Source: Cyanophora paradoxa CCMP329 (taxonomy: Eukaryota; Plantae; Glaucophyta). Taken from it: a stretch of 50,523 nucleotides of DNA. Shown in pieces: positions 20,933 to 31,591 of the stretch (positions are counted from its first letter, which is position 1; every line of letters starts with the position of its first letter). Both the position numbers and the translations under genes were made by a program. The DNA lies in NCBI GenBank assembly GCA_004431415.1, contig QPMI01000340.1:1-50523 (forward strand), in the 5' to 3' direction. The notes under the pieces are model-generated. The model searched no databases, was not told where the DNA came from, and worked only from the letters and a program-made list of their open reading frames with translations.

Positions 20933-23900
20933 GTGCCCCGACCCAGAATGCCGGCTGCCTAACTGACCCTCGCAGCCATTCGAGCACTGGGCCGACATGC
21001 TCGCTGACCTTGGCCTCGAGGACACGCTCCGCCGCCTAAGAAAACATTGCTTCGGCAGATGCATCGTGGCTCGACTACATTTTCCTCGACCCTGCGCTGT
21101 CCGACCGCGCCGCCTACCTTGATAGGTCAGTGGTCGAGCCCTTAGGCTGATATCCCCCCTCGGGGGGGAACGGACCCAGTCTTGGTAGACTTGTTTTTTT
21201 CTGTCTTGTGTCTTTTTGTTTTGTTTGCGGTGCTACCACCATTTGTGGTAGCATCGGTAGGCTTTCCAATCTGAAACTAAGAAGTGGAAAATCGCTTGCC
21301 AGTGCAGTTGTGGAGGAGGTGGCCTCTGAAAACGTGGACAATAGTTTAGAGGACGAGGAACCTCAGGTAGAAATCGAGGAAATGGCAGAAGAAATTCTTG
21401 CTAGACAGAAGCTTGTTAATCTTTTAGAGAAAAAAGCCTCCAAATTTCAATTTTCTGGTGTGTGTCTTAACCCAGACGGGTTTTCTGGAGTTGATGACTT
21501 GAAAATAAAAATGGAAAATGTCATTCTCAAGGGGGTACCAGGTCTCTCACAAGATGAAAAGTTTTCTGTTTTGCTAGCGGCTACAACGGGTGTTGCTCAT
21601 GATTTTCTTTGTCAGCTTGACCACCCAGAACCCTTGCCAGCAACTTTTTTTGATGATGTTGTTAATCAATTGAAAGCGCGATTCAATCCCAGTAAAGACG
21701 ATGCTCGGGCGTATTTCTACAATCTCAATCCATGGACACCAGACCTCAGTTCAAACATCAATGGATTTATTGATACGTCCCTCAAGGTAGCCAGAGTTGC
21801 ATTCCCAGGAGAGGTGGACAAAAATCTGGTGGAGTATATTCTGAAGCTGGCATCATCGAAGCACTACAAATATTTTAACATGCTTGGAATCTCCTCTTTG
21901 AATGATTTCCGCACCAAATTAGAGCAGGCAGAGGCCCAGAGGTGTTACGATCCCCCTGATCCCAAATTGATTCAGTCTCTTTTTCGATCACAAGTGATGT
22001 CTCAAAATTCAGCAGCCACTGGACAGTCTGGAAACAATCTAAATTTTCGGGTGACCGATCAGTCTGACAGATCGCGTCGCTATTGCACCCACTGCCGTAA
22101 AACTGGACACACTGAACCGTATTGTCATGACAAATATCCGGAACTGAAAAAAAAGATGTTTGCTAATTTGCGGCGAATAAATCCTCGCCCCAATCGAGTG
22201 CAGGTACTTATTAGGGGTGTGAAATATGAAGGTAATGAGCTTGACGATGGATCTTATGCAGTAGATGTTCCTCTTGCACCTGTGGAAAATGCAAACAAGT
22301 CTGAGTACCTCATAGCTAAGCCAAAAAGGGTTTACCCAAGGGAGGTGTTGCTGGGGTACAGACAACAGGAACAGTGTCCAGCAGGCACTGTACCTGTGGC
22401 CATCAATGGAATTAAGACCAGAGCCATGCTTGACACAGGTGCAGACGTCTCCCTAGCAACTAAGAAAGTTACTGTCAAGGCTGGCTCAAACATATCTTCT
22501 GCTGGCCCATTGCTTTCTGGTTTTTCTAATGACACTATAAAACTTCTTGGAACAACAGTTTTGGATGTTAGCTTAGGGCCTCTTTCCACAAAAGAAAAGT
22601 TAGTGGTTCTCGAAGACATGTCACATGATGTTATTCTTGGAAGAGACTATTGCATTAAACATGGAATTGACATCTCACATTCTAAGGGGGTTGTGACTTC
22701 AGCTAGCACTCAAGATATGAGCATCCCTCTTTCTCTTGATGAATCTTCAAATCTGCCTCTATGTATTTCGGAAGACATAATAGTGCCAGGAAACAGTGGT
22801 GTTGCAGTCTCGCTCTCTAATCCTGCACTTTCAGGAGCAGGATGTATTATTTTTGACAACAAGAAATTGCATCCAAAGAATCTGTTTGGCATAAATGGCC
22901 AGACGGTGCCTGAAGGAAAAGATGTGTTTGCAATTGTTTTCAATGGTAGTGATAATGAGATGATGCTAAAGAAGGGTGATGTTTTGGCATCCTGGATCCA
23001 AGAAGCAAATCATGAAATTCTCTCACTCAATCTCCATAAAGGCAAAGAAAATGTGACATCAACAATTGATCCTTCTTTTGACAGAGCTTACTTTGATAGC
23101 ATAGAGTCTCAACTGGATTTTGGTTTTTCTGGAGCAACTGTAGAACAGAAACAAATAATGAAAGAATTGTTTAGGAACAACTGTGATATTTTTGAGAACA
23201 AGTTCGTATTTTCTGAAGACAAGTGCTTGCCTGGAGAACACAGCATTGATACTGGTGATCATCCTCCTATCAAATCGAGGCCTTTACACCATTCCCCCAA
23301 GGACCGAGAATTGTTCAAAACGACTTTGGAAGACATGCTTGCTCGAAATTTAGCAGCACAGTCCCAGAGCTCTTGGTCTTCTCCAGCTTTCTTTGTCAGC
23401 AAGCATGATACGTCTGAAATGCGGCTCGTAGTTGATTATAGACACCTGAATGCAGCAACCAAGAAAAATGTTTATCCATTGCCTAATATACAAGATATGT
23501 TGGACGCACTTCAGGGAAGTCGGTTCCTTTCGAATATGGATCTGGACACTGGATTTTGGCAAGTTAAGATGAAGCCATCTGACCGGGAGAAAACCGCCTT
23601 TAAAACCCCTTATGGCTTGTTTGAAATGAAGGTTATGCCCATGGGACTTACAAATGCCCCCCCCCACATTTCAGGCCATCATGGAAAATATTTTCTATGA
23701 TTATCTCTGGATGTTTGTTCTCGTTTTCATTGATGATCTTATTACATATTCCAAGACTTTTGAAGAGCACTGCAGAGACTTGCAAAATACATTCAACAGG
23801 CTACGTGCCAACAACGCGAAGCTCAAGCCCAACAAGTGTCACTTCTTTAAAATGGAGCTCAAGTTTCTTGGTCACATTGTAGATAGAAATGGCAGGCGCC

Positions 23901-24275
23901 CTGACCCTGCAAAACTGGAAGCAATTGAAAAAGTTCCGATTCCAGATAATGCTACTGAGCTGCGGTCATTTCTTGGTTCCTGTAACTATTACAGAGATAA
24001 TGTCGACAAGTTTTCTATTATAACTGCTCGTCTCTACGATTTAACACAGAAAGATGTTCCTTTTGTTTGGACAGAGGAGCATACCAGGGACTTCATGAAT
24101 CTGAAGAAAGAATTGCTGAAGTCCATTATTCTCCACTATCCTGATTTCAACAAACCGTTTATTATTGAAACAGATGCCTGCGAGAAGGGTGCTTCTGGCA
24201 TTCTCTTTCAGGAACAAGTAGGTGTTTTGAAGCCCGTTTGCTTTTACAGTCGCAAATGGAGAGGTTCTGAGAAAG
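20933..24275 (+). mobile_element. Truncated Ty3/gypsy element, family 2: single gag-pol frame, ends within RNase H; 5' boundary uncertain
   Basis: PBS-like TGGTAGCATCGG at 21246. Zinc knuckle CTHCRKTGHTEPYC, protease LDTGA, RT VVDYRHLN and FIDD, RNase H TDAC, then inverted SatB. Confidence 0.92.
21382..24275 (+). pseudogene. gag-pol of family 2 with a one-base frameshift in a C9 run at 23657-23665
   Basis: ORFs 21208-23700 and 23654-24355 join as GLTNAPPTFQ if one C is removed. This may be a homopolymer sequencing error. The first in-frame ATG is at 21382. Confidence 0.88.
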
Positions 24276-24915
24276 ACCCCAGGTTTCCAATCTGCCAGAA
24301 AATAGAAGAAAGATGCACCCCAAATCTCTCTGCGGAAATATACCCAAGGGGCTAGCCTTAGGCAGAGGATCCACCCAAAAGAAAGTAGCTCAGTCAAAGG
24401 TCCCAGGTTTCCGATCTGCCAGAAAATAGAAGAAAGATGCACCCCAAACATTCAAGTCCCCAAACACTCGGTGGGGGTCCCACTTAGAAGGGCAAGCCTC
24501 TAGAGCCTCCACTATGCTAGCCCCTTGTGCATGTTCCCCCTGGAAGTTTTTGTGTGCATCTAACTTTCTGTTGTGGGCCTGCCAGAAATTCAATTCAATC
24601 TGACCAGGGCTAAGAAGGAGTGAAACCAGGAAACATTCAAGTCCCAAAACACTGGGTGCGGGTCCCACTCGGAATGCTGAAGCCTCTTACAGGGCCGCTG
24701 GAAAGTTTCCGTGCCCCCCTCTAACAGGCTCTGCCCTTCCAAGTGGGACCCTCACCGAGTGTTTGGGGACTTGAATGTTTCCTGGGTTCACTCCTTAGCC
24801 CTGGTCAGTTTGAATTCCCGTCGGGCCCACAAGAGCAAGGTCAGGTGCACACAAAACCTTTCCAGGGGGAACATGCTCAAGGCGCTAGCCTAAGCCACGT
24901 TCACCGTGCCCAGCA
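24276..24915. repeat. Mosaic of inverted SatB, inverted SatA and forward SatA
   Basis: SatB(-) ~24276-24448, SatA(-) ~24446-24695, SatA(+) ~24725-24915. Confidence 0.9.
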
Positions 24916-24977
24916 GATGCCCTGCAAGAGGCAGAAGGGGCAAGCCTAAGGGAACGGCAGTCATTATGCATCCTCTT

Positions 24978-25916
24978 CTACTTCACCCGAATCATATAAT
25001 GATCCTGGAATGTCGTTGTCTCAGCATTCCAAATCCGCTGGTCTTTGACAAGCTTAAACGAATCATTCTTCTCCAGAAATTTGAACACAGATTCCCATGG
25101 ACTCGTAGCTTCGACTTTAATAGGATGGTTGTGTGCTGTGTCCTCTACAATCAGATAGCTGCCCACCGACACAAATGCTGAATACATATTCAGTTCTTCA
25201 GTAACGTATTGCTCGTCGTGTCGTGAATCCAAAATAACCAGACATTTTTTGCCTTCAACCTTAGCCTTCACGGTCGCGAAAATGTTCGGGTCAGTAGAAC
25301 TTCCGATCATGAGATCCACGCGCTCCCAAGCAGGTAGGTTTTTGGTGGTCGCCTCCACGCGATCTACAACATCAATTGCGATTACTTTTCCGTCTGGGTT
25401 AATTTGACCTAGAACGGTTGAATACATCACAGCACTTGCACCACGGAATACACCTGTTTCGACGATAACATCTGGCGCCACTTCGGAAATCACAAGCTGC
25501 TGGGTCCAGAAGTCGAAGGGATTCTTCAAGCTGACAACGTTACAAAAAGAGCTGTAATGCATACCCCGGAGGCTGTAGAGCAGCTGGAGATCGCCCATGA
25601 AAGCATTCATATCCATGGCTGCAAAACGCTTGATATCATTTTGATCATAAGGAATAAGCTCACTTCGCATCGGGAACGGATTCGAGGCAGTTGGCTGCAC
25701 CGATCCCAGACGCTCAACACTTTTCAAACTTTCGGAATTTTCACGAGAAGGAAGAGGTTTGCGAGAAACGTGTGGTACACCGGCATTCTTTTCGAGAGTT
25801 CCAAGAGATGACGAGACGACTGTGCCCTCACCGGCAGAGTAGGAACCGATGAAGTAGCCGACAACAAAAACCAAGATACAAAAACCGGCAGTTTTGATGT
25901 TCGAAGAAACAAGCAT
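24978..25916 (-). CDS. CmcI (cephalosporin hydroxylase) family / rhamnosyl O-methyltransferase-like SAM-dependent enzyme with N-terminal TM (312 aa)
   Basis: KNPFDFW..Q.VI.EVAPDVIVETGVFRGASA, KVIAID, GSSTDP, LVILDSRH..V..EL..Y...VSVGSYLIVEDT. Hydrophobic anchor followed by a low-complexity stem. Confidence 0.9.
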   Translation of the reverse strand: MLVSSNIKTAGFCILVFVVGYFIGSYSAGEGTVVSSSLGTLEKNAGVPHVSRKPLPSRENSESLKSVERLGSVQPTASNPFPMRSELIPYDQNDIKRFAAMDMNAFMGDLQLLYSLRGMHYSSFCNVVSLKNPFDFWTQQLVISEVAPDVIVETGVFRGASAVMYSTVLGQINPDGKVIAIDVVDRVEATTKNLPAWERVDLMIGSSTDPNIFATVKAKVEGKKCLVILDSRHDEQYVTEELNMYSAFVSVGSYLIVEDTAHNHPIKVEATSPWESVFKFLEKNDSFKLVKDQRIWNAETTTFQDHYMIRVK

Positions 25917-26276
25917 TTTTTTACCTAAAGTCGGTTTCGCAGATTAGTCTGCCCCCGTCCGTCTACAATGCCTGGCTTCAGTCCGGTTGGCGGCACCGAA
26001 CCCGCGCGTGGGGTCCCACTCGGAATGGCGGAGCCTCCTCATACAGGGCCCCAGCTGGGCAGAGTGCACCTAGCCGAAGGCTAGCCAGATAAAATTAAAA
26101 TCCCACAAAACTCAGTGGGGGGGTGGCTGGATTTCAGTCCCATCTGAGTTCGAGGGGGCGTAGCCCTGAACCCAAAATTGATCCTTGAGAGTCCCAGCAC
26201 TCCGTGCATGCTCCTGCCTGATCGGGAGCTCTGGGCTTTTTGGTTGCTGTGGGATGATTGGGCGGGGGGCTCTGCG

Positions 26277-27152
26277 ATGTTTTCCTACAGAAAACTTATT
26301 CAACTCTTTTTCTTAGTTCTTCTGACCGTATCAGTGGCACGTAATTTTCACCTCAATTGGAGATACTCTGCCTGTGCGGACCATGTATCTAAAACAGCCC
26401 GCACGTGTATTCTCATGGCAAGCGCTCCATTTTCCCAGTTCCGCGACGGTTCAGTCGAATCAGCAAAGAAGGCTCTTTTATTGCGTCCCCACTCTATTTT
26501 CAATAAAGCTATCTTTGCGTCTTTGCACGGATACTCTTTCCGCTTTGAAATTGTCCCACCACCGTTGGACTGGAGCAGACATTGGAGTAAAATCACCGCC
26601 ATTAAACGAGCACTTGAGGAATTTACATGGGTGCTGTGGTTCGACGTGGATACGATAATCGTCGATCTAAGTATGAACTTGGAGAATATTCTGCGTTCTA
26701 TTCCTTTGCGAGAACCTGAATTGATTGGTTGTTGCTGCTCTGTTTCAGATGAGGGTATCGATTTTCTCAAGAGTTTCAAGCCAGGAGAACATTTAAACTC
26801 AGGGGTGCTTCTAATACGTTCGACAAGTTGGACAAATGCGCTGTTTAGTCTGGTTCTCGAAAATGGCCCGATTGCTGGACACGTGTGGAATGATCAAATA
26901 GGTATCATTCATGCGTTGGAAATTCTTCAACGACGTAACAAAACTGAAGTAATGGAGAAGGTTTACTGCTTGCACGATATGGCGTACCTTAATGCTTACG
27001 GGGATGGTCAATCAGTCACTTCGCTGTTCGTGTCTCATTTTCCAGGTGACTTCTGCCCCTCGGGGGGTTGTGCTGAGCTTTTCAAGCAAATGTCGCTTGA
27101 GATCCTGTCGAATGCATCCACAATATTTGATGAAGTACTGCAACAACCTTGA
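26277..27152 (+). CDS. GT34 (GMA12/MNN10-like) glycosyltransferase, type II membrane (likely start MFSYRK)
   Basis: NK..FASLHGY, WSKITAIKRAL, WVLWFDVDTII (DxD), LNSGVLLIR, WNDQ, SHFPG; TM LIQLFFLVLLTVSVA. Confidence 0.88.
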   Translation: MFSYRKLIQLFFLVLLTVSVARNFHLNWRYSACADHVSKTARTCILMASAPFSQFRDGSVESAKKALLLRPHSIFNKAIFASLHGYSFRFEIVPPPLDWSRHWSKITAIKRALEEFTWVLWFDVDTIIVDLSMNLENILRSIPLREPELIGCCCSVSDEGIDFLKSFKPGEHLNSGVLLIRSTSWTNALFSLVLENGPIAGHVWNDQIGIIHALEILQRRNKTEVMEKVYCLHDMAYLNAYGDGQSVTSLFVSHFPGDFCPSGGCAELFKQMSLEILSNASTIFDEVLQQP

Positions 27153-27209
27153 TGGAGTACTGGAACAACCTCCCATCACCCAGTCAGTGGCTATCTTGAT
27201 CCCGCCCGC

Positions 27210-27522
27210 CCCCATCAGAAGCAAGGTGCACACACAAAGTTTCTGTGGTGGAGATGGCACAAGGCAGGAGCTCCCCCATTGCCCACCCGCCTGACCCCTA
27301 TTGGGCAGGGTGCACCTGCCTAAGGCTAGTGCCTAGTGCATGTTCCCCCTGGAAAGGTTATGTGTGCACCTGACCATGCTGATGTGGGCCCGACGGGAAT
27401 TCAATTCAAACTGACCAGTGCATGCCCAAGGCGCTAGCCTTAGGCAGATGACCCACCCACGAGCAAGTCACTCAGTCGAAGGCCCCAGGTTTCCAATCTG
27501 CTAGAAAATAGAAGAAAGATGC
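27210..27522. repeat. SatA and SatB fragments
   Basis: Diverged SatA(+) ~27210-27250, SatA(-) ~27303-27417, SatB(-) ~27427-27522. Confidence 0.85.
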
Positions 27523-27526
27523 CCCA

Positions 27527-28527
27527 GTGCCCAGCGCAAGTCGAGCAGCCCTCACAGACATCAGCAACACTCCCCAGCAACGACAGGAAGTCCCGGCTGC
27601 AGCCCCAAGAGCCCGGACACGGGGCAGTATCAATGGGAAACGACCATGGTCGACGTCCCGCGTAAACGACAGAGAGAGCTCTGATCTCAACAGCAGCAGG
27701 GCGACGCCGCGGCGATCGTGCATAGATGCACGAGCCCGTACAAGCTTAAGTGCACGTGAGGCTGCTATTAGCGCTAGCGCTGACCAGGAGCCGCCCCCCA
27801 GCCCAAGCAGGAGCTCTAGCCGGCACCTTAATCCCAGGCTTCGGGCTCCCGCACGCTCCAATCATAATGATGATGAGCTCGAAGCCGAGCCCGGGACAGG
27901 AACCGCCAGGGCAGTCTCGGAGCCGCAGGAACCCGAAATCGAAGCCGCACACGCGCTGCTCAGCCTCGCAAGCATGAACTCGGCCTCTAACATTAACCCA
28001 AGCACCGGCCAAGTCGGTGCGGTAGTGCTAGCTATAGCTGACGACCTGGGCGGCGGCCCGGTCGACGTCGAAGCCCCCGCGGCGCCGGCCACGGTGAACG
28101 AGGACCAGCAGAATCCGCATCGGCACAAACGCCAGGTAGCATCCAAGCGCAAATGAGTACTGCAAGAGGCACTAGCATCTAGGGGCGCAAGTGCACACCC
28201 CTGCTGTCGGACGTGCCGCCAACGCATTCAGACGGACCCGAATATGCACCCCCACGCTCCACCCCAGGAAGCCCATGTATGCTGGAGTGACCCACCTCCG
28301 GATACGGTGCTATGGGAAGCTCATGCGGCTTCCGAACAGGTGCTGCACACAGGGGAACTGCCCATACTGATGCCTCATAGGTGACTGACAGATGCGTGCG
28401 ATATAGTCGGAGGTGCTCCCCCCTGTGAGCTTCAGGCCACAGGGGCCCGGGCTAACCAGGGTCTGGGCGAGGGGGGCGACTTTAAACCAGGCCCTGGGCT
28501 CGCCCGGGGTACCCGAGCACACACACC
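27527..28527 (+). other. ~1-kb unique GC-rich insert with a 5'-truncated low-complexity ORF; origin unknown (gene or TE remnant)
   Basis: 209-codon open frame lacking an ATG start, bounded by SatB on both sides. Confidence 0.35.
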
Positions 28528-29222
28528 TCGAAGGCCCCAGGTTTCCGATTTGCCACATAATAGAAGAAAGATGCACCCCAAATCTCTCAAGGCATATTCC
28601 CCCAGAGAGATTTGGGGTGCATCTTTCTTCTATTTTCTGGCAGATCTGAAACCTGGGGCCCTTGACTGAGTGACTTGCAGGTGGTGGCTGCCCAGCAGAG
28701 GCCCTGTACGAGGCTCTGCCCTTCCAAGTGGGATCCCCCCCAGTGTTTGGGGACTTGAATGTTTCCTGGGTTCACTCCCTCTTAGCGCTGGTCAGTTTGA
28801 ATTCCAGTTGGGCCCACAAAAGCAAGGTCAGGTGCACACAAAAACATTCCAGGGGGAACATGCACAAGGCGCTAGCCTAAGCCAGGTTCACCCTGCCCAG
28901 CAGATGCCCTGCAAGAGGCAGAAGGGGCAAGCCTAAGGGAACGGCAGTCATTATGCATCCTCTTCTACTTCAACCGAATCATATAATGATCCTGGAATGT
29001 CGTTGTCTCAGCATTCCAAATCCGCTGGTCTTTGACAAGCTTTAACGAATCATTCTTCTCCAGAAATTTGAACGTTCCCTGGGTTCACTCCTTCTTAGCT
29101 CTGGTCAGTTTGAATTCCCGTCAGGCCCACAAAAGCGAGGTCAGGTGCACACAAAAACATTCCAGGGGGAACATGCACAAGGCGCTAGCCTTAAGCAGGT
29201 GCACCCTGCCCACAGAGGCCCT
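28528..29222. repeat. SatB/SatA mosaic containing a duplicate of the CmcI gene 3' end
   Basis: ~28712-29073 is nearly identical to ~24725-25087. Confidence 0.9.
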
Positions 29223-29224
29223 CT

Positions 29225-29266
29225 ATTCGCTACGGCAAAAGGGAAGGGGAACTACGCTTCGCGACA
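29225..29266 (-). mobile_element. Inverted 42-bp LTR 5'-terminal remnant (family 1a)
   Basis: The reverse complement TGTCGCGAAGCGTAGTTCCCCTTCCCTTTTGCCGTAGCGAAT matches the start of the LTRs at 29395 and 35990. Confidence 0.9.
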
Positions 29267-29394
29267 GGGCCTTCGACTGAGTGACTTGCTTTTAGGTGGG
29301 TCATCTGCCTAAGGCTAGCGCCTTGTGCATATTCCCCCGGAGAGATTTGGGGTGCATCTTTCTTCGATTTTGTGGCAGATCGGAAACCTGGGGC

Positions 29395-29595
29395 TGTTGC
29401 GAAGCGTAGTTCCCCTTCCTTTTCGCCGTAGCGAATGTAGCATGTACGCTAGGGATACTCCGTCCCTTGTGTAGGGGTATGTTATTCAATCATACGCGGA
29501 TATTACGCGTGTGTGCGCGTGCGTCCCGGCACGGCACTGCGCCGTGTGCGGAAGTGGCTAGAACCCATCGTATAGCTATTAGCAGCTTCTTATCA
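29395..29595 (+). repeat. 5' LTR
   Basis: TGTTGCG...CTTATCA; 4 differences from the 3' LTR by manual comparison. Confidence 0.97.
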
Positions 29596-30111
29596 TCGGG
29601 GCTGCCGCCGGAAGCCATTGTATTTCGTGGCAGCGGTGGAATGTTCGACGCAAAGTGTTCGACACAGCGGTCTCACAGCGTCTGCGCATCGTTCTTCTGA
29701 TTGCGTATACGCTTACAGTGCGTTCTGCAGCGATTTGCGCACTGCGACCTTTCATTGTCGATTCCGCCATTCTGCGGAGAACATAAGCTTGTTGCATCGC
29801 GATTCACTCATGGATCTCATTTTCGAAGCTCTGTGCACTCTTGGCCGGCTGGCCGAGGTCGTTTGCTTGTGATACCTCCGTTTTCCGTGGAATTCCGCGA
29901 GTTTCCGGAGTTGTCTCTTTTCTCTCCTTTTGGAATCTCTCTTTATCTCTCTTTCTTTCTTTTGGAACGATCTGAAATGCTTTCTTGAACACTGGCCTCG
30001 TCAAGCGACACTATTCGTGCTGTGTACCGTCGTAGGCTTGGGCCCTTCGCTAGGTCCTTAGTTAACGACTGTATTAATAAAGCTATCCTGCTCTCCGCAC
30101 AGGCAGGAAGG

Positions 30112-31281
30112 ATGGCCGACGAGGACAACGTTTCTGTGGACATTGACCAGGAGGACATCATGGCTGCCCAGCCTAGGGTGGACATGATTAAGCCGCTCCT
30201 GCGCAACCTTAATCTGCCCAAATTCGAGTATTCTGCTCCTTCTAGATTCCTCAAAAACGTTCGTGACGTGTTGAAGGCGATCTATGTCCTTCCCACTGCG
30301 GACACCACTCCCTACTCCACATGGACGGCTCAGGCAAAGGTTGATTTTGACTATGCTTGGCCGCATGTGCAGTTGAAACTCCAGTCTGTCTTCAACGAGG
30401 CAGCTGGGGCCCATGACTTTTCTCGAGTGGTCCTTGAATGTGACAATTGGACGACTTTTCTTAAGAAGTTCGAGGATCACTTTATGCATTCGGATGTCCA
30501 GACGGATTCTGCTCGCAATTTCTGGTCCTACACATACCAGAGTGCTTGTCTCCAGGCTGGTACTCAAGTCAATTTTGAGGACTTTGCTGTGGAGAAGATG
30601 AAGCGGGCGGAAGAAGCTGGCATTCTCGAGAAAGTTGTGGTGAAACAAATTTGGAGTGATGATCTTAAGTTGGGTGAGCTGCCTGCTGAATTGGACGACA
30701 ATAAACTTCGCTTTTTGCGTCGGCTGCGCAGTCTTTGGACCGATCGCACTTCCTCTTTTTCTTCGGTTTCTCCTTTTGGAATTGCTTCTCTTCCTTTTGG
30801 ATCGCCGAAAAACGTTTCTGGATTGAACGCTCTCACTTCGGAGCGTATTGAGTCTTTGATTGATGAGCGGGTTGAATCGAAGCTCAAACAGTTTTCTTTG
30901 AAGGTGGATGATAAGCTTGATGCACTTCGTGACGAAACTCGCCGCCAATTGAGCGAGATTCGGCACGAAGCTCGCCAGCAGTTCGATGAGTTGCTCGACG
31001 ACTCTCGTCGCACTTCTTCTATTATTTTGGATTGCATGGACCAGTTGTCTCGCCAGTTGCAGTATCGCCCTCGCGGTGATAGCTGGCGTGACCAGCCTCG
31101 TGGAAATTACAATTTTGATCGCAATCGTTCGAATGACAAATTTGGTAATTCTGGAAATGATTCTCGCAATTTTGGAAATTCTTCTTGTGGTTATCGCGGT
31201 CGCTCTGCTGAGCGCCGTGGGTCGTCGGCTGACCCTAAGGGTCGGGGCGGTTCGCAGCCCCGCCCGGCGGGAAAAGCCTAA
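30112..31281 (+). CDS. gag: Gag (no zinc knuckle; coiled-coil-like segment and R/G/N-rich tail)
   Basis: Long ORF between the 5' LTR and pol; first ATG at 30112; tail conserved in the 8180 copy. Confidence 0.88.
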   Translation: MADEDNVSVDIDQEDIMAAQPRVDMIKPLLRNLNLPKFEYSAPSRFLKNVRDVLKAIYVLPTADTTPYSTWTAQAKVDFDYAWPHVQLKLQSVFNEAAGAHDFSRVVLECDNWTTFLKKFEDHFMHSDVQTDSARNFWSYTYQSACLQAGTQVNFEDFAVEKMKRAEEAGILEKVVVKQIWSDDLKLGELPAELDDNKLRFLRRLRSLWTDRTSSFSSVSPFGIASLPFGSPKNVSGLNALTSERIESLIDERVESKLKQFSLKVDDKLDALRDETRRQLSEIRHEARQQFDELLDDSRRTSSIILDCMDQLSRQLQYRPRGDSWRDQPRGNYNFDRNRSNDKFGNSGNDSRNFGNSSCGYRGRSAERRGSSADPKGRGGSQPRPAGKA

Positions 31282-31320
31282 CCCAGCCTGTTGTTGCCCG
31301 CCAGGCTGGGGCGGCCAAGA
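31269..31320 (+). promoter_or_regulatory. -1 programmed ribosomal frameshift signal
   Basis: G_GGA_AAA heptamer in the gag frame, 6-nt spacer, then a 9-bp stem CCCAGCCTG/CAGGCTGGG. The -1 frame is open and homologous to the other copy. Confidence 0.8.
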
Positions 31321-31591
31321 AACCAGCCATTTTCGGCGCAGCGAATGGACTTCGATCGTTGTTGCCTTTGATTACTCTCAATGAGTTCTTGAAGCGGCAG
31401 TCGTTGTCGGTCGCTCGCGCTTTCCCTTTCCCTTCCTTGGATGCTTCTCAATCTTCTTCTCCTATTTCTTCTTCTGGTCCCGATGTTACCCTTCAAGAGA
31501 ATGATCCCATTCTCCATGAGGTTGCTTCAGTGGAAATTCGCCCAGACATTCTGGTTTTGGTCAAGCGCATTCGCGTGAAATTAAAAATGTT

